A stretch of 64,000 bases of DNA from Octopus sinensis (GCF_006345805.1 NC_042997.1:199702001-199766000); one strand, 5' to 3'; positions 12,499-24,148 are shown, numbered from the stretch's first letter. Program-made: numbers and translations. The notes: a model not told the origin generated them from the sequence alone.

Positions 12499-15400
12499 AT
12501 GAATTCTGCCAAATGCGAGCTTTCTTTTCAGGTACATGAAGCTACTGTCCACCGACGCAGGGTCTCTAGGGCCCATACCTCCCACACCCTCAGGGTTGGC
12601 ACCCTCAATGTTGGCACACTGAAAGGTAGGTCTGGCGAGATAGTTGAGATGCTTGAACGGAGACGTGTGGATATATGTTGTATGCAAGAAGTAAGGTGGA
12701 GAGGAGGTTCTGCTAGGTTCCTCACAGGCAAGGAACACAGGTACAAGATTTTCTGGGCAGGGAACACTGACGGGGTTGGAGGCGTGGGTATACTTATCGC
12801 TGAGAAATGGGTAGATAAAGTAATTGAGGTAATCAGAGTATGCGACAGAATACTTAAGATTAGATTAGCGCTTCATCATAGTTTAGCAACCATTATATCA
12901 GCCTATGCTCCTCAGTCGGGGCTACCTGATGGACAGAAAGACCGATTCTATGACACTCTACTGCAGACTACCTCGTTGACGAACGACAGAGACCTTCTCT
13001 TTGTGGCTGGTGACTTCAATGGTCACGTTGGACGACATGCTGGGGGCTTCCACGGCGTACATGGAGGCTATGGCTCTGGTTCCCGCAACGAGGAGGGAAC
13101 CAGGCTGCTGGAGTTCTGCGATGCAAATAATCTTATGATTTGCAACACTAACTTCAGGAAACCTACCAGCCACCTAGTCACCTACCGATCAGGCCAACAT
13201 ACCAGCCAAATTGACTACATCCTTGCCAGGCAAAGGGAGAGATGGCTACTTATAAATGCCAAAACCTTCCCAGGCGAAGAATGCACCCCACAACATAGAC
13301 TGGTAGTTAGTGACTTTAGGATCAGGAGTAGGAGGACAACCAGAAGACGACCAACATGGAGAAGAAGGATCTGGAAGCTTAAGGATCCTGTGAATGGACA
13401 GAGATTTAGAGACATGTTACTTGAAGCCTTTGACGAAGTAGAAGGGGATAGTGTATCACATGGGGTAGAGGACAACTGGACGTTTCTAAGGGACAACCTG
13501 CTGAGAGCCACTGACCAGATCTGTGGCTGGTGCAAAGTCCCCTCTCGTCCCAAGGTAACGTGGTGGTGGAACAGTGTCGTAGACAGGGCTATTAGAGAAA
13601 AGAGACAGACTTGGAAGCACTGGAAAAATGGTGGTAGCAGGGAATTGTATCAGACTGCTAAAAGGGAAGCTAGGAGACAGGTCTATCTAGCCAGAGGGGA
13701 AGCAGATAAGAAAAAATTTGCCAATGTTCTGCGCCGTGAGGACCAAAGACTGGAGGTGTTTCGCGTTGCAAGACAGTGTGTGAGAGAGAATTGTGATGTG
13801 GTGGGAGAGAAGTGTGTTCGCATGGAAGATGGTTCACTTGCGCTAAACGAGGATGCAAAGAGAGAGGCTTGGAGATGCCACTATGAAAGGTTGCTGAATA
13901 AAGAAAATGAATGGGATAAAGAGAGTCTGCCGAACGTTGACCCAACAGAGGGACCAGCTATCAGGGTCGATAGTTCCTTAGTAGCTAAGGCAATTAGAAG
14001 CATGAAGACAGGGAAAGCCCCAGGCCCATCAGGTATCACTGCAGAGATGCTCAAAATATCTGGTAGTGTCGGCTATAGCCTAGTCACCTGTATAGTTAAT
14101 CAGGTGATACATGAAGGAGTCATACCCAATGACTGGTGTAGCAGCATAATAGTCAACTGCTACAAAGGTAAAGGTGATGCCCTAGATACAAATAATTACA
14201 GAGGTATCAAGCTGTTGGATCAGGTGATGAAGGTTACAGAGAGGGTCATAAGCCAACTAATTAGAGAGAGAGTTAGTTTAGATGAGATGCAGTTTGGTTT
14301 CGTGCCAGGGAAAAGTACCACTGATGCTATATTCCTGGTAAGGCAGCTGCAGGAGAAATACCTAGCCAAAGATAAGGCCCTGTACCTGGCTTTTGTTGAC
14401 ATGGAGAAAGCCTTCGACAGGGTCCCCCGATCCCTCATATGGTGGTCAATGAGGAAACTAGGAATAGAAGAATGGTTGGTGAGAGCTGTGCAAGCCATGT
14501 ACAGGGACGCTGCTAGTAAGGTGAGGGTTGGAAATGAGTACAGTGAAGAATTCCGGGTAGAGGTAGGGGTCTACCAAGGCTCAGTCCTCAGCCCCCTCCT
14601 ATTTATCATAGTCCTCCAGGCAATAACGGAGGAATTCAAGACAGGATGCCCCTGGGAGCTCCTCTATGCTGATGACCTTGCTCTAATTGCTGAGTCATTA
14701 TCAGAACTGGAGAAGAAGTTTCAGGTGTGGAAGCATGGTTTAGAATCGAAGGGCCTTAGAGTCAACCTAGCTAAAACCAAAGTCGTAATAAGTAGGAAGG
14801 TAGACAAATCACAAACGCCTTCAGGTAGATGGCCCTGCTCGATCTGTAGAAAAGGTGTAGGTAGAAACTCTATAAGATGCACCAAGTGTAAGCTATGGAC
14901 ACATAAGAGGTGCAGCAATGTCATAGGAAGGCTAACTAGGAAGATGGTTTTTGTATGTGGCAGATGCTCGGGAGCATTAACCTCTGAAAATCTGCAGAAA
15001 TCAACTTCCGTCACTTTCCAGGGGGAAAAACTAGAAGTGGTTGATAGCTTCCGTTATCTTGGTGACCAAGTCAGTAGTGGGGGTGGGTGTGCTGAAAGTG
15101 TAACGGCTAGAGTAAGAATAGCCTGGGCAATGTTTAGGGAGCTCTTACCTCTGTTGGTGACTAAAGGCCTCTCGCTCAGAGTAAAAGGCAGACTGTATGA
15201 TGCATGTGTACGAACAGCCATGCTACATGGCAGTGAAACATGGGGCGTGACTGCTGAGGACATGCGTAAGCTCGCGAGAAATGAAGCTAGTATGCTCCGT
15301 TGGATGTGTAATGTCAGTGTTCATAGTCGACAGAGTGTAAGTACCTTGAGAGAAAAGTTGGACCTAAGAGGAATCAGATGTTGTGTGCAAGAGAGACGAT

Positions 15401-15621
15401 TGCACTGGTATGGTCATGTGGTGAGAATGGATGAAGATAGGTGTGTGAAAAAGTGCCACACCCTGGCAGTTGAGGGGACCTGTGGAAGAGGTAGACCCAG
15501 GAAAACCTGGGTCGAGGTGGTGAAGCACGACCTTCGAACTCTAGGTCTCACCAAGGAAATGACCAGAGACCGAGACCTATGGAAGTATGCTGTGCGTGAG
15601 AAGACCCGGCAAGACCAGTGA
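12499..15621 (+). CDS. LINE ORF, 1040 aa from the first ATG: APE endonuclease + reverse transcriptase with internal PHD-like zinc finger
   Basis: EN motifs GTLNVGTL, QEVRW, SAYAPQ, GDFNGHVG, SQIDYIL; RT motifs KAPGPSG, NYRGIKLL, QFGF, DMEKAFD, QGSVLSP, LYADD, FRYLG, LHWYGHV, GRPRKTW; no stops or frameshifts. Confidence 0.95.
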   Translation: MNSAKCELSFQVHEATVHRRRVSRAHTSHTLRVGTLNVGTLKGRSGEIVEMLERRRVDICCMQEVRWRGGSARFLTGKEHRYKIFWAGNTDGVGGVGILIAEKWVDKVIEVIRVCDRILKIRLALHHSLATIISAYAPQSGLPDGQKDRFYDTLLQTTSLTNDRDLLFVAGDFNGHVGRHAGGFHGVHGGYGSGSRNEEGTRLLEFCDANNLMICNTNFRKPTSHLVTYRSGQHTSQIDYILARQRERWLLINAKTFPGEECTPQHRLVVSDFRIRSRRTTRRRPTWRRRIWKLKDPVNGQRFRDMLLEAFDEVEGDSVSHGVEDNWTFLRDNLLRATDQICGWCKVPSRPKVTWWWNSVVDRAIREKRQTWKHWKNGGSRELYQTAKREARRQVYLARGEADKKKFANVLRREDQRLEVFRVARQCVRENCDVVGEKCVRMEDGSLALNEDAKREAWRCHYERLLNKENEWDKESLPNVDPTEGPAIRVDSSLVAKAIRSMKTGKAPGPSGITAEMLKISGSVGYSLVTCIVNQVIHEGVIPNDWCSSIIVNCYKGKGDALDTNNYRGIKLLDQVMKVTERVISQLIRERVSLDEMQFGFVPGKSTTDAIFLVRQLQEKYLAKDKALYLAFVDMEKAFDRVPRSLIWWSMRKLGIEEWLVRAVQAMYRDAASKVRVGNEYSEEFRVEVGVYQGSVLSPLLFIIVLQAITEEFKTGCPWELLYADDLALIAESLSELEKKFQVWKHGLESKGLRVNLAKTKVVISRKVDKSQTPSGRWPCSICRKGVGRNSIRCTKCKLWTHKRCSNVIGRLTRKMVFVCGRCSGALTSENLQKSTSVTFQGEKLEVVDSFRYLGDQVSSGGGCAESVTARVRIAWAMFRELLPLLVTKGLSLRVKGRLYDACVRTAMLHGSETWGVTAEDMRKLARNEASMLRWMCNVSVHSRQSVSTLREKLDLRGIRCCVQERRLHWYGHVVRMDEDRCVKKCHTLAVEGTCGRGRPRKTWVEVVKHDLRTLGLTKEMTRDRDLWKYAVREKTRQDQ

Positions 15622-15669
15622 GAACAATCAAAATCAAATCATATATCAGAAAGCAGGGGTTAAGTGACC

Positions 15670-16022
15670 CATCTGTTCGTGTCCGCTGTCAGCCTCGTCC
15701 GGCACCCGTGCCGGTGATACGTAAAAGCACCATTCGCTCATGGCCGTTTGCCAGCTCTGCCTGGCCCCGTGTCGGTGGCACGTAAAAGCACCATCCGTTC
15801 GTGTTCGTTGCCAGCCTCGCCTGGCCCCGTGCCGGTGACACGTAAAAGCACCGTCCGTTCGTGGCCATTGGCCAGCTCTGTCTGGCCCCGTAAAAGCACC
15901 ATCCGTTCGTGTCCGTTGCCAGCATCGCCTGGCCCCGTGCCGGTGACACGTAAAAGCACCATCCGTTCGTGGCCGTTCGGCAGCTCTGTCTGGCACCTGT
16001 GCAGGTGGCACGTAAAAAACAC
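15670..16022 (+). repeat. Six ~60-bp tandem units (alternating A/B types) in the LINE 3' UTR
   Basis: Each unit ends in CGTAAAA(G)CAC; most carry a GTGCC-NNN-GGCAC-like stem; the fourth unit is internally deleted. Confidence 0.9.
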
Positions 16023-16514
16023 CCACTACACTCGCGGAGTGGTTGGCGTTAGGAAGGGCATCCAGCCGTAGAAACACTGCCAGATCTGACTGGGCCTGAC
16101 GAAGCCTTCCAGCTTCACAGACCCCAGTTGACCCGTCCAACCCATGCTAGCATGGAAAACGGACGCTAAACGATGATGATGATGATGATATATATGTGTG
16201 TGTGTATGTGTTCACACACACACACACACATATATAAATTATAATTTGTTGGATATAGTTTGTTGCACAATAAATATAGCTTATATAATATCAAATATTG
16301 TTCTCTGACTCCTCTTTGACTGCACTGTTTTCAATGAAAACCACCATGTTTCATTTTAGGATTGTCCTATATCGAATGAGCAGCAGATTATCTTAAGTTT
16401 CTGTACTGAAATAACTAATTTCACTGCATTAGATTCAAACAAAATAAATCATCAACAATATGGTAACAATGTTCCTACTTTAAATTTTTTTTAAAGCCTT
16501 TTATATCATATAAT

Positions 16515-16728
16515 CCTTTCTATTATAGGCACAAGGCCTGAAGTTTTGGGGGAAGGGAGTAGTCAATTACATCGACCCCAGAATTTCACTGGTGCTTAAT
16601 TTATCAACCTCGAAACAATGAAAGGTAAAGTTGATCTCATCGGGATTTGAACTCAGATTGTAGCGACAGACGAAATAGTGCTAAGTATTTCATCCAGCGT
16701 GCTAATGATTCTGCCAGCTCACCACCTT
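16515..16728 (-). mobile_element. tRNA-derived SINE (type 2)
   Basis: 18-bp TSD CCTTTTATATCATATAAT (16497-16514, 16729-16746); same body as the copies at 29916 and 57757. Confidence 0.9.
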
Positions 16729-16779
16729 CCTTTTATATCATATAATGTTGAAAACAATAAGTGCACTGTGACAGAAGGG

Positions 16780-17130
16780 CCATGAAGTTTGCTCTGCAAC
16801 CATGAGGTCCTTGGTCAGATAACATAATTATAGCATCTTGGGCAAATGTCATTCTCAATAGTATTGGAACAATTCATACCTTGTGAGCAAAATTTGGTAG
16901 ACATCAACTATATAATACTTGTTGGGATGTATTGTACGTATAACACAAAAAGGTACTGCTTTGTCATGCAGTGTATCATGTTGATTCAATCTGAGTATTA
17001 CATTAAGAGTACACTCGTCACTAGAATGCTCTTCAACCACTTGCATATTAATTCAGAAGCAGGTAAGTCAATTGATCAAATAACTGAATCCTTATTGTCA
17101 AACTATGCAGATCCACCAGTGTTCAACAGG
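16780..17130 (+). mobile_element. Highly degenerate SINE
   Basis: CTTGGGCAAATGTC and CCTTGTGAGCAAAATTTGGTAGAC match the type 1 core; the tail resembles 11130-11230. Confidence 0.55.
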
Positions 17131-17515
17131 TGTTTATCTTTCTCCTTGAGATGGTCCTGCCTTATATTAACACAAAGACTATTTATATTTTATCACTAGG
17201 GAAAAGACAAAATTTGCAATTTTCAAATTATAATTGGTTCAGAATAGAAACAGCAGATCTTAACAGCTAGATATCATTAAATAAAGGAGAATGTCCATTT
17301 CATGCACTATTGAAATAGGTATAGTAAATTACTTGACCTCACATCCCTAACTGGTTATTTATGACAAGTCAAACAATTATATTTTGGCAATTTCCATATC
17401 ATCAACAGGTCAGCTATTCAACAGTGTACATCCTGTATAAACAGCACACGTCTAAGCAGTAATGTATAGCTGAAAAATAACATATATTAGAAAAACTGAT
17501 TTTTAGGCACTTTAA

Positions 17516-17657
17516 CCTTTTGAACCTGCTTGCTAATTGGCAGAAACAGTTATTTTCAACCATAAACACAGAACTATGTGGCCACCTATTTTGGGCTTCT
17601 CAGGGATATAATCAAATGAAATAATGCCCTCTAAAGTATATACAGAGGTTCAAAGGG
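17516..17657. mobile_element. piggyBac-type MITE (142 bp)
   Basis: TTAA on both sides; 12-bp TIR CCTTTTGAACCT / AGGTTCAAAGGG. Confidence 0.75.
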
Positions 17658-19844
17658 TTAAGCAGGAAGGCAGCAATAATGAAATATAAAAGCTATAAAG
17701 TAGGTGTCATTTAATAGATGATGGCTTCAGAAGAAGAAAATCAGGGTTGTAATGTTTGTATATTTTCTAAGAATAATTTTGGAGTTCAAGTGAATAATTA
17801 AATAATTTGTTGGAAGAATGATCATGTTTAGTAAGTATGCTTTGAAACAACAAAGACTTGAGTTCCCTCCCAATGTGTGGTACCTTGGACAAGTGTCTTG
17901 GGTCAACCAATACATTGTTAGCAAAATGTCATAAACAGCAACTGGCTATAAGCCAATGGATATGAGTGCGTGTTGAGCGGCAAATAATTACATGCAGCAA
18001 AAATACATTGCAGTGTGCAGTTTTATGAGGTGTTATCTCTCCTTATGTCTGGTTGACTTTGCCTTTTAAACCCTTCCTAAGTATACAAAGTAAATATGAG
18101 ATAAAGCATAAAGGTTGATAGAGTTAACAAAACCTTTGGAGGTAGTGCCCCGACATGGCTTTAGTGTAATGGTTAAAATTAGGAAAAAGGAAAGTAAAAG
18201 TAAATTAAAACTAGAAATTTATACAAAACTATGCAGATAAATCACGAGAAGCCTACCTATATCTGGACATCCTAACCTTAAGTACTTGCCAGATGGAGTA
18301 AATCACCCTCCTCTCTTGCTCTTCTTATTTTCTTAGAATAAATTACAAAGAAAATATTCAGGGTTGCCACCTATTTGCAAATCAAATTATATCTGCTACA
18401 TTTCAAAGCAGTGAGCATTAAAAAGTTATTTATAAACAATCATGTAGAAAGGAAAAGTCATTTTTAGTCAAGTAGGTGCAAGAGACAACAAAGAACATAT
18501 TTTGATGTTATTAATCTCTTCATTAAATCATAGCATTCACTGTACTAGCCAAAAAAGTGATGAGAGAATGTCAAAGTAAATATAAAATACTGACCATGTA
18601 TAAGTGAGAAAATGTCTTAGTTATATACAATATCATTTATGAGTAAGTGTGAAAATAAATTTTGTAGAGAATATATTATTGAATGAAATTACTCATATTT
18701 ATTCTGTTAGGGGAGAAACAGAACAAACATATTTCTATCAGAGAAACAATTTTAAATCATGATATTAATTCTTAAATCTTGACATTTAAGGTAACAGAAC
18801 AGGCCCAGAAGGGACATATATTTTTGTCATGGAAATTGTTGCTGGTCATAGCATTTTAAATCAGGATATTAATAACAGGGTGTAGGACAGATGAATAGCC
18901 TTGGAAAGGATGTTTATAACTCAAAGCTCATTTTATGAGCTGTTATTAAAATGAAATATCTAAACTGATTTTATGCTGTAGCAGAACTATGTATGTTAAT
19001 CCTGACTTAACTATTAATTAAATGTTTTGCTCTCTGAACAATCATAACTATTTAGATTCTAAATAACTGATTATTCTTTTCCGATGCAGGTTTGCTTGTT
19101 AAATTATTTTGATGCGTTCCTCTGAGTAATATACTCTACTGAATACTAAGTATGTCAGAATTTACACATTAATAAAAGCAGTTACAGAAGTTTGGTAAAG
19201 TTAAAGTGAATTTGATGGTAAATCAATAAATACATGCACTGTTTAAGTTAACTACTAAAAAGCTCTCTTCCTTCACATGAAGAAAAGACAACGACCAGAT
19301 ACTTAATCATTAATTGATGCACACACATAGAGTGTTTGCAAACAGGGTGACGACAATATGCTTCATAAACATATATTAAACTTCTCTATCAAAACAGACC
19401 CCATGATCAAACGGGGTGAGGTGTGAATCAACTAGTTTCAGCTGTCATTAAAGCTGCTGAGAATAATAATACTGCATATCTGAAATGTAAATAAGATCAT
19501 AGTGAAGTTGATTGCATTTACATAGCAGTGCAATGCTATCCATGTATTTTAATTAAGTGAGGCACTGAGAGACTGTTGCTACAAATTTAATATCAACAAG
19601 CTGTCATGGTCCCCAGCTAGTTAATAGACATGGCAAACTCAACACTGCTACATAACTGTAGTCAGGTCTTTTATGTTGCTGTTTATACATTTACAATAAA
19701 TAGTATTAGTACTCTCTGCAACAGTTTGCAGCAAGGAAGTCACTTGATTCTTTGGTGAGACTTGAATGAAAACCCAGAGTAGCCAAGTTCATTTTCATTC
19801 ACAGCTGCTGAAAGCCCCATGGTTTTCAGGCATGCCACATTAGG

Positions 19845-20255
19845 CACAGCTGGGGCTGTGTGGTAGTGAAGTCATCTTGGGTTCAGTCCCACTGCATGGC
19901 AACTTGGTCAAGTGTCTTCTATTATAGCCTCAGGCCAACTAAAATCCTTGTAATGGATTTGGTAGAGAGAGAGAAACTGAAAGAAGCCCAATATACATGT
20001 ATGTGTGTGTGCGCCTGCGTGTACCCTGTTTGGACATTGTGATGGTTATAAATGATCATTATCATCATACAAGCAAGGTTGTTCGTTTCCAGTTTACTGT
20101 GTAAAGCATGTGTAGCTATGAAGCAATGGGGAAATATTACCTTGCTTGGAAAGAGATAAGGGTTGGCAACTGGAAGGGCATCCAGCCACACAAAAATCTG
20201 CTTCAATAAATTCCAAATAACCCATGTAAGCATGGAAAAATGGATGATAAATGAT
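19845..20255 (+). mobile_element. SINE with type 1 head/core and an RTE-LINE-like 3' end
   Basis: Ends GGTTGGCAACTGGAAGGGCATCCAGCC...ACCCATGTAAGCATGGAAAAATGGATG, matching the LINE terminus. Confidence 0.8.
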
Positions 20256-20300
<45 letters not shown>

Positions 20301-20302
<2 letters not shown>

Positions 20303-20615
20303 CATCATCGTTTAACGTCCATTTTCCGCACTAGCACGGGTTGGACGGTTTGACCGGGGCCTGGGAAGCCAGGGGCTACACCAGGCTCCAGTCTGATCTG
20401 GCAGTGTTTCTACAGCTAGATGCCCTTCCTAACGCCAACCACTCCGCGAGTGTAGTGGGTGCTTTTTACGTGCCACCTGCACAGGTGCCAGGGGGGTCTG
20501 ACATCGGCCACGATCGGTTGGTGCTTTTAACGTGCCACCGGCACGGAAGCCAGCCAAGGCAGCGCTGGCATTGGCCACGTTCGGATGGTGCTTTTTATGT
20601 GCCACCGGCACATAA
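20301..20615 (-). mobile_element. Young RTE 3'-tail copy
   Basis: High similarity to 15900-16189; abuts (TG)n(TA)n. Confidence 0.9.
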
Positions 20616-20639
20616 AAAGTAAGTATCTGCATTGAGTAT

Positions 20640-21030
20640 CTGTGAGTATCTGCATTGAGAGTTCATTCCTGCAGCAATTGTGTTTTAACAAGGTTGACTT
20701 ATGAACATTTGAAAGCAATCCTCTTGCTTGGATGCAGCAATTTCAAAGCAAATATTGATGATATCTTAAAAGCTAAACACCAGTTTCACAAGTCTCACTA
20801 ACCTTTTTTGCTGCTTAGTTTGTGAGATTCAGATATGGGCACACTGGGTGTGATATAACTATCTTATTGCTAATGTCACCTTCTTTGATAACTTTTTGAT
20901 GAATAAATATATTGGTTGTCTTTATTTTTTGTGTATTCACTGTACTATATTGAACAAAATGATTATGTGGCCCACGTTCATCATTTTCTCAGTTATCTGG
21001 CCCGCAGTGAAAAAAGTTTGGTGATTCCTG
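20640..21030 (+). mobile_element. 3' fragment of a hAT (Charlie/SPIN-like) transposon
   Basis: C-terminus LTRLTYEHLKAILLLGCSNFKANIDDILKAKHQFHKSH*; terminus AAAAAGTTTGGTGATTCCTG followed by GTATAGAG. Confidence 0.7.
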
Positions 21031-21182
21031 GTATAGAGTGTTTGAAATGGTGAACAGATATTGTATATTGAGAAAAAGGGGGCCATCAGAATTTTGATTA
21101 ATTACTGCTTTTGTCTGTTTATGAACTCATAAATGAACAGAAGCACTTATTAGGGATTATCCAAAATTCTGACTGCCTCTTT

Positions 21183-21240
<58 letters not shown>

Positions 21241-21949
21241 GAGAGGTGTCAGTGTGTGTGTGTGTGTTGAATTATGTGAAGCACTAAATTAAATGTCATA
21301 CAATTTGGTTGAGATAAATTTGAAATTTTCTGTTTTATTGTTTTAAATTTTCTTCTTTTGAGATTCTATAGATCATATCTTCTTTTTTCTTTTAATAAAT
21401 ATTTTTTTCAAATATATAAGTATATCAATTTGCATATATTAAACTATTTTTCCTGGTATTTTACTTTTTTCTAATAATCAGACATCATTATTATTATTAT
21501 TATTATTATGATCATTGAGTTCAAATCCCACTAGGGTCTATAGTTTGTCCTACATTTTTTCCGGGGCAGATAATAAAGAACAAGTGGAGTACTGGTTTGA
21601 CATTTTTGACTATACCTGACCCCTCCAAATATGTGGCCTTGTGCCTACGTTAGATCATTATTACCAATGTGAGTTCCCCCTGTGTATATTTGTTTATTTT
21701 AATTTCCGTTTGTAAATTAATAAAAAGAAATCTATGATAAACTAAACCAGTAGCAGAAAGAATCAGTCGCTAGTTTAACAGACTTCTTGAAGTTCATCTT
21801 AAAACATACCCTCACATGGCTGGAACTATTTATAAAGCCTTCGATAGATATTTTAGCTTTTGTTTCAGTTTTTCTGTTCTTTTCAATATTTATGATAAAT
21901 GTGAGTATTTTATTTGTTTATTAATTATCATTATTATTATTATTATTAC

Positions 21950-22113
21950 TACACTCACAGAGTGGTTGATGTTAGGAAGGGCATCCAGCTGTAGAAACAT
22001 TGCCAGATAAGACTGGAGCCTGGTGCAGCCTTCTGGCTTCCCAGATCCCCAGTCGAACCGTCCAACCCATGCTAGCATGGAGAACGGACGTTAAACGATG
22101 ATGATGATGATGA
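21950..22113 (+). mobile_element. RTE 3'-tail copy
   Basis: Terminal ~160 bp plus (GAT)n followed by (TA)n. Confidence 0.9.
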
Positions 22114-22175
<62 letters not shown>

Positions 22176-22969
22176 TATACAATAAGCATGTTTGAAATTG
22201 CATTAACAAATTTAATCTTTAATAATTAAAAACACTTAAGGTAAATATTAATTATTTTTTAAATTTACAAACACACTACTTCATCAATGATTAACAAACA
22301 TATTTTTATCAGTGGACAGATTTTTCTTTCAAATCAGCATCTTAACTTCACCTGCATCTTCCAGATAATATCTAATAAAATTGATTAAGTCAAATACAGA
22401 AAATAACAAAAACAAAATCATAATGTATCTGAAAGACAGAAATGTATGCAATTAAAAAAATTGAGAAATGTTTGTTTTTAATTTTATAATTTTCTTTTAT
22501 AGATTTAGTTTGTGAATGAAAAAATGAAATATATATAAAAACTTAAGCTAAGCAAATATTGTATTTCTGATACAGATGTAGTTTTGATAAAGGTGAAACA
22601 AGCATTATTTTTTTACGAATTTCAGTTTCTTCTTGGTTTATATTATAAAATATTTGTGTGCATGCATGGAGGAAGCATTTTTTCATGTGTATGCATGCAT
22701 GCTTGATGATGGCCATCCACTCGTGACCAAAGAAAACCATTACTGACCTTTAGGAGCATTGTGCACACAAGACTACCTAATACTTATACACTTACGGCTC
22801 TGTGGGTGACTAACAAGCCCTGCTTTTGACAAACATAAATAACTGCAAACATTGAAGACCAAGCTTTCCCCATTTGTTACACTAGCTGTGCATTTTCAAG
22901 CAGCATGCTTAAATTCTACATGCATGCATACATACATACATATATATTTTGCATATGCACACGTGCTAA

Positions 22970-23342
22970 CTTGCTCTCCTTTCTCTTCCAACAAGAGTAT
23001 TCATGTATCTACTCTACAGCAAGACACCTATCCTTGTCCCTCTATACTTATAAGCTCTCAGTTGACAGAGACACACACCCACTTCATTTCTACTCCCCAC
23101 CTTGCAGCCAAGGAGTTTGGTTTTGCAAGTTGTTTGGTGACCGTGTTGGTGCTGGTGTCATATAAAAAGAACCTAGTACACTTTGTAAAGAGGTTGGCAT
23201 TAAGAAGGGCATGCAGCTTAAGAAACCGTACCAAAACAGACAATGGAACTTGGTGTGTTTCTTGGCCTTATGAGGTCTTGTCAAACTGTCCAACCCAAGC
23301 CAGCATGGAAAACAGATGTCAAACGATGATGATAATGATGAT
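22970..23342 (+). mobile_element. RTE 3'-tail copy, second subfamily
   Basis: Related to 42340-42620 and 54500-55195. Confidence 0.65.
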
Positions 23343-23779
23343 ATATAACAAAGTGCTAAATAATTACCATATACAAAACCCAATGTTTCCGCTAAATACA
23401 CTATCTTTAAGGTAAAGTGTTTGCCATATTAAGAACAAAATATATTCTAGTCTCATCACGAATTACATTATGAATAAATGTTTATATTTTTAAACAAAGT
23501 GAAAATTGCTATTCCAAACAGTGCACAGATGTAAAATGTGAAAAGTCAAAACTCAAGTCCACATTACCTCATGGATGAATGGGCGATTTGTTATGATTCT
23601 AAACATTCAAAAGAAATTACTTGTCTAATTGCATCATTATTCCACTTTATTTTAGATCTTCACACATGAACACCTGATGTCTTACTAATGATTTTAACAA
23701 CTTTAACACATCACAGCTTCTTTAACAGAGATATACTGAGGTGTCAACAGAGGTTTTACATTTTTAATATCTTTCATAC

Positions 23780-24122
23780 CTTTTATCTTGTTTTAAACTT
23801 GTTTCAATCATTATACTCTGGCCATGCTGGAGTACCACCTTGATGGGTTTTAGTCAAACAAATCAACCCCAGGACTTATGTTTTTAAAGCCTGGTACTTA
23901 TTCTATCAGTCTGTTTTGCTGTGCTGCAAAGTTACAGGAACACGAATGCACCAACACCAGTGGTCAAGCGGTGGCAGATAAACACAGACACAAAAATATT
24001 TGATGGGATTCTTCCAGTTTCTGTCTACCAAATCCACTCACAAGGCTTTGTGCCCAAAGTGCCATGCTGTGGGAATGGATCTGGAACCATGTGGTTGGAA
24101 AGCAAGCTTCTTACCATACACA
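23780..24122 (-). mobile_element. SINE type 1
   Basis: Reverse complement of the type 1 tail, body and head. Confidence 0.8.
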
Positions 24123-24148
24123 CACAAATGTGTGTGTGTGTGCGTATA

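Larger units (their letters stand above)
12267..16189 (+). mobile_element. Apparently full-length RTE-type non-LTR retrotransposon (LINE): ~230-nt 5' UTR, single ORF, ~570-nt 3' UTR, (GAT)n tail
   Basis: Uninterrupted EN+RT ORF; 3' end CCAACCCATGCTAGCATGGAAAACGGACGCTAAAC(GAT)6 shared with many truncated copies in the window. The 5' boundary is approximate and no TSD was found. Confidence 0.9.

Noticed and set aside
12528-15263. Antisense ORFs within the LINE
   Set aside because: Shadow frames of a GC-richer coding region; no motifs.
15670-16022. CRISPR-like periodicity
   Set aside because: The inter-motif segments are homologous to each other rather than unique spacers; eukaryotic LINE context; no cas genes.
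15646-16140. Overlapping short ORFs with repeated peptides (also 6728-7141, 20341-20632, 25397-25621, 37087-37335)
   Set aside because: Translations of the GC-rich LINE 3' UTR VNTR.
16855-17046. Minus ORF (QVVEEHSSDECTLNVIL...) with an apparent GTATGA donor
   Set aside because: The plus strand aligns to the SINE core (CCTTGTGAG..TTTGGTAGAC) and tail, so this is a decayed SINE.
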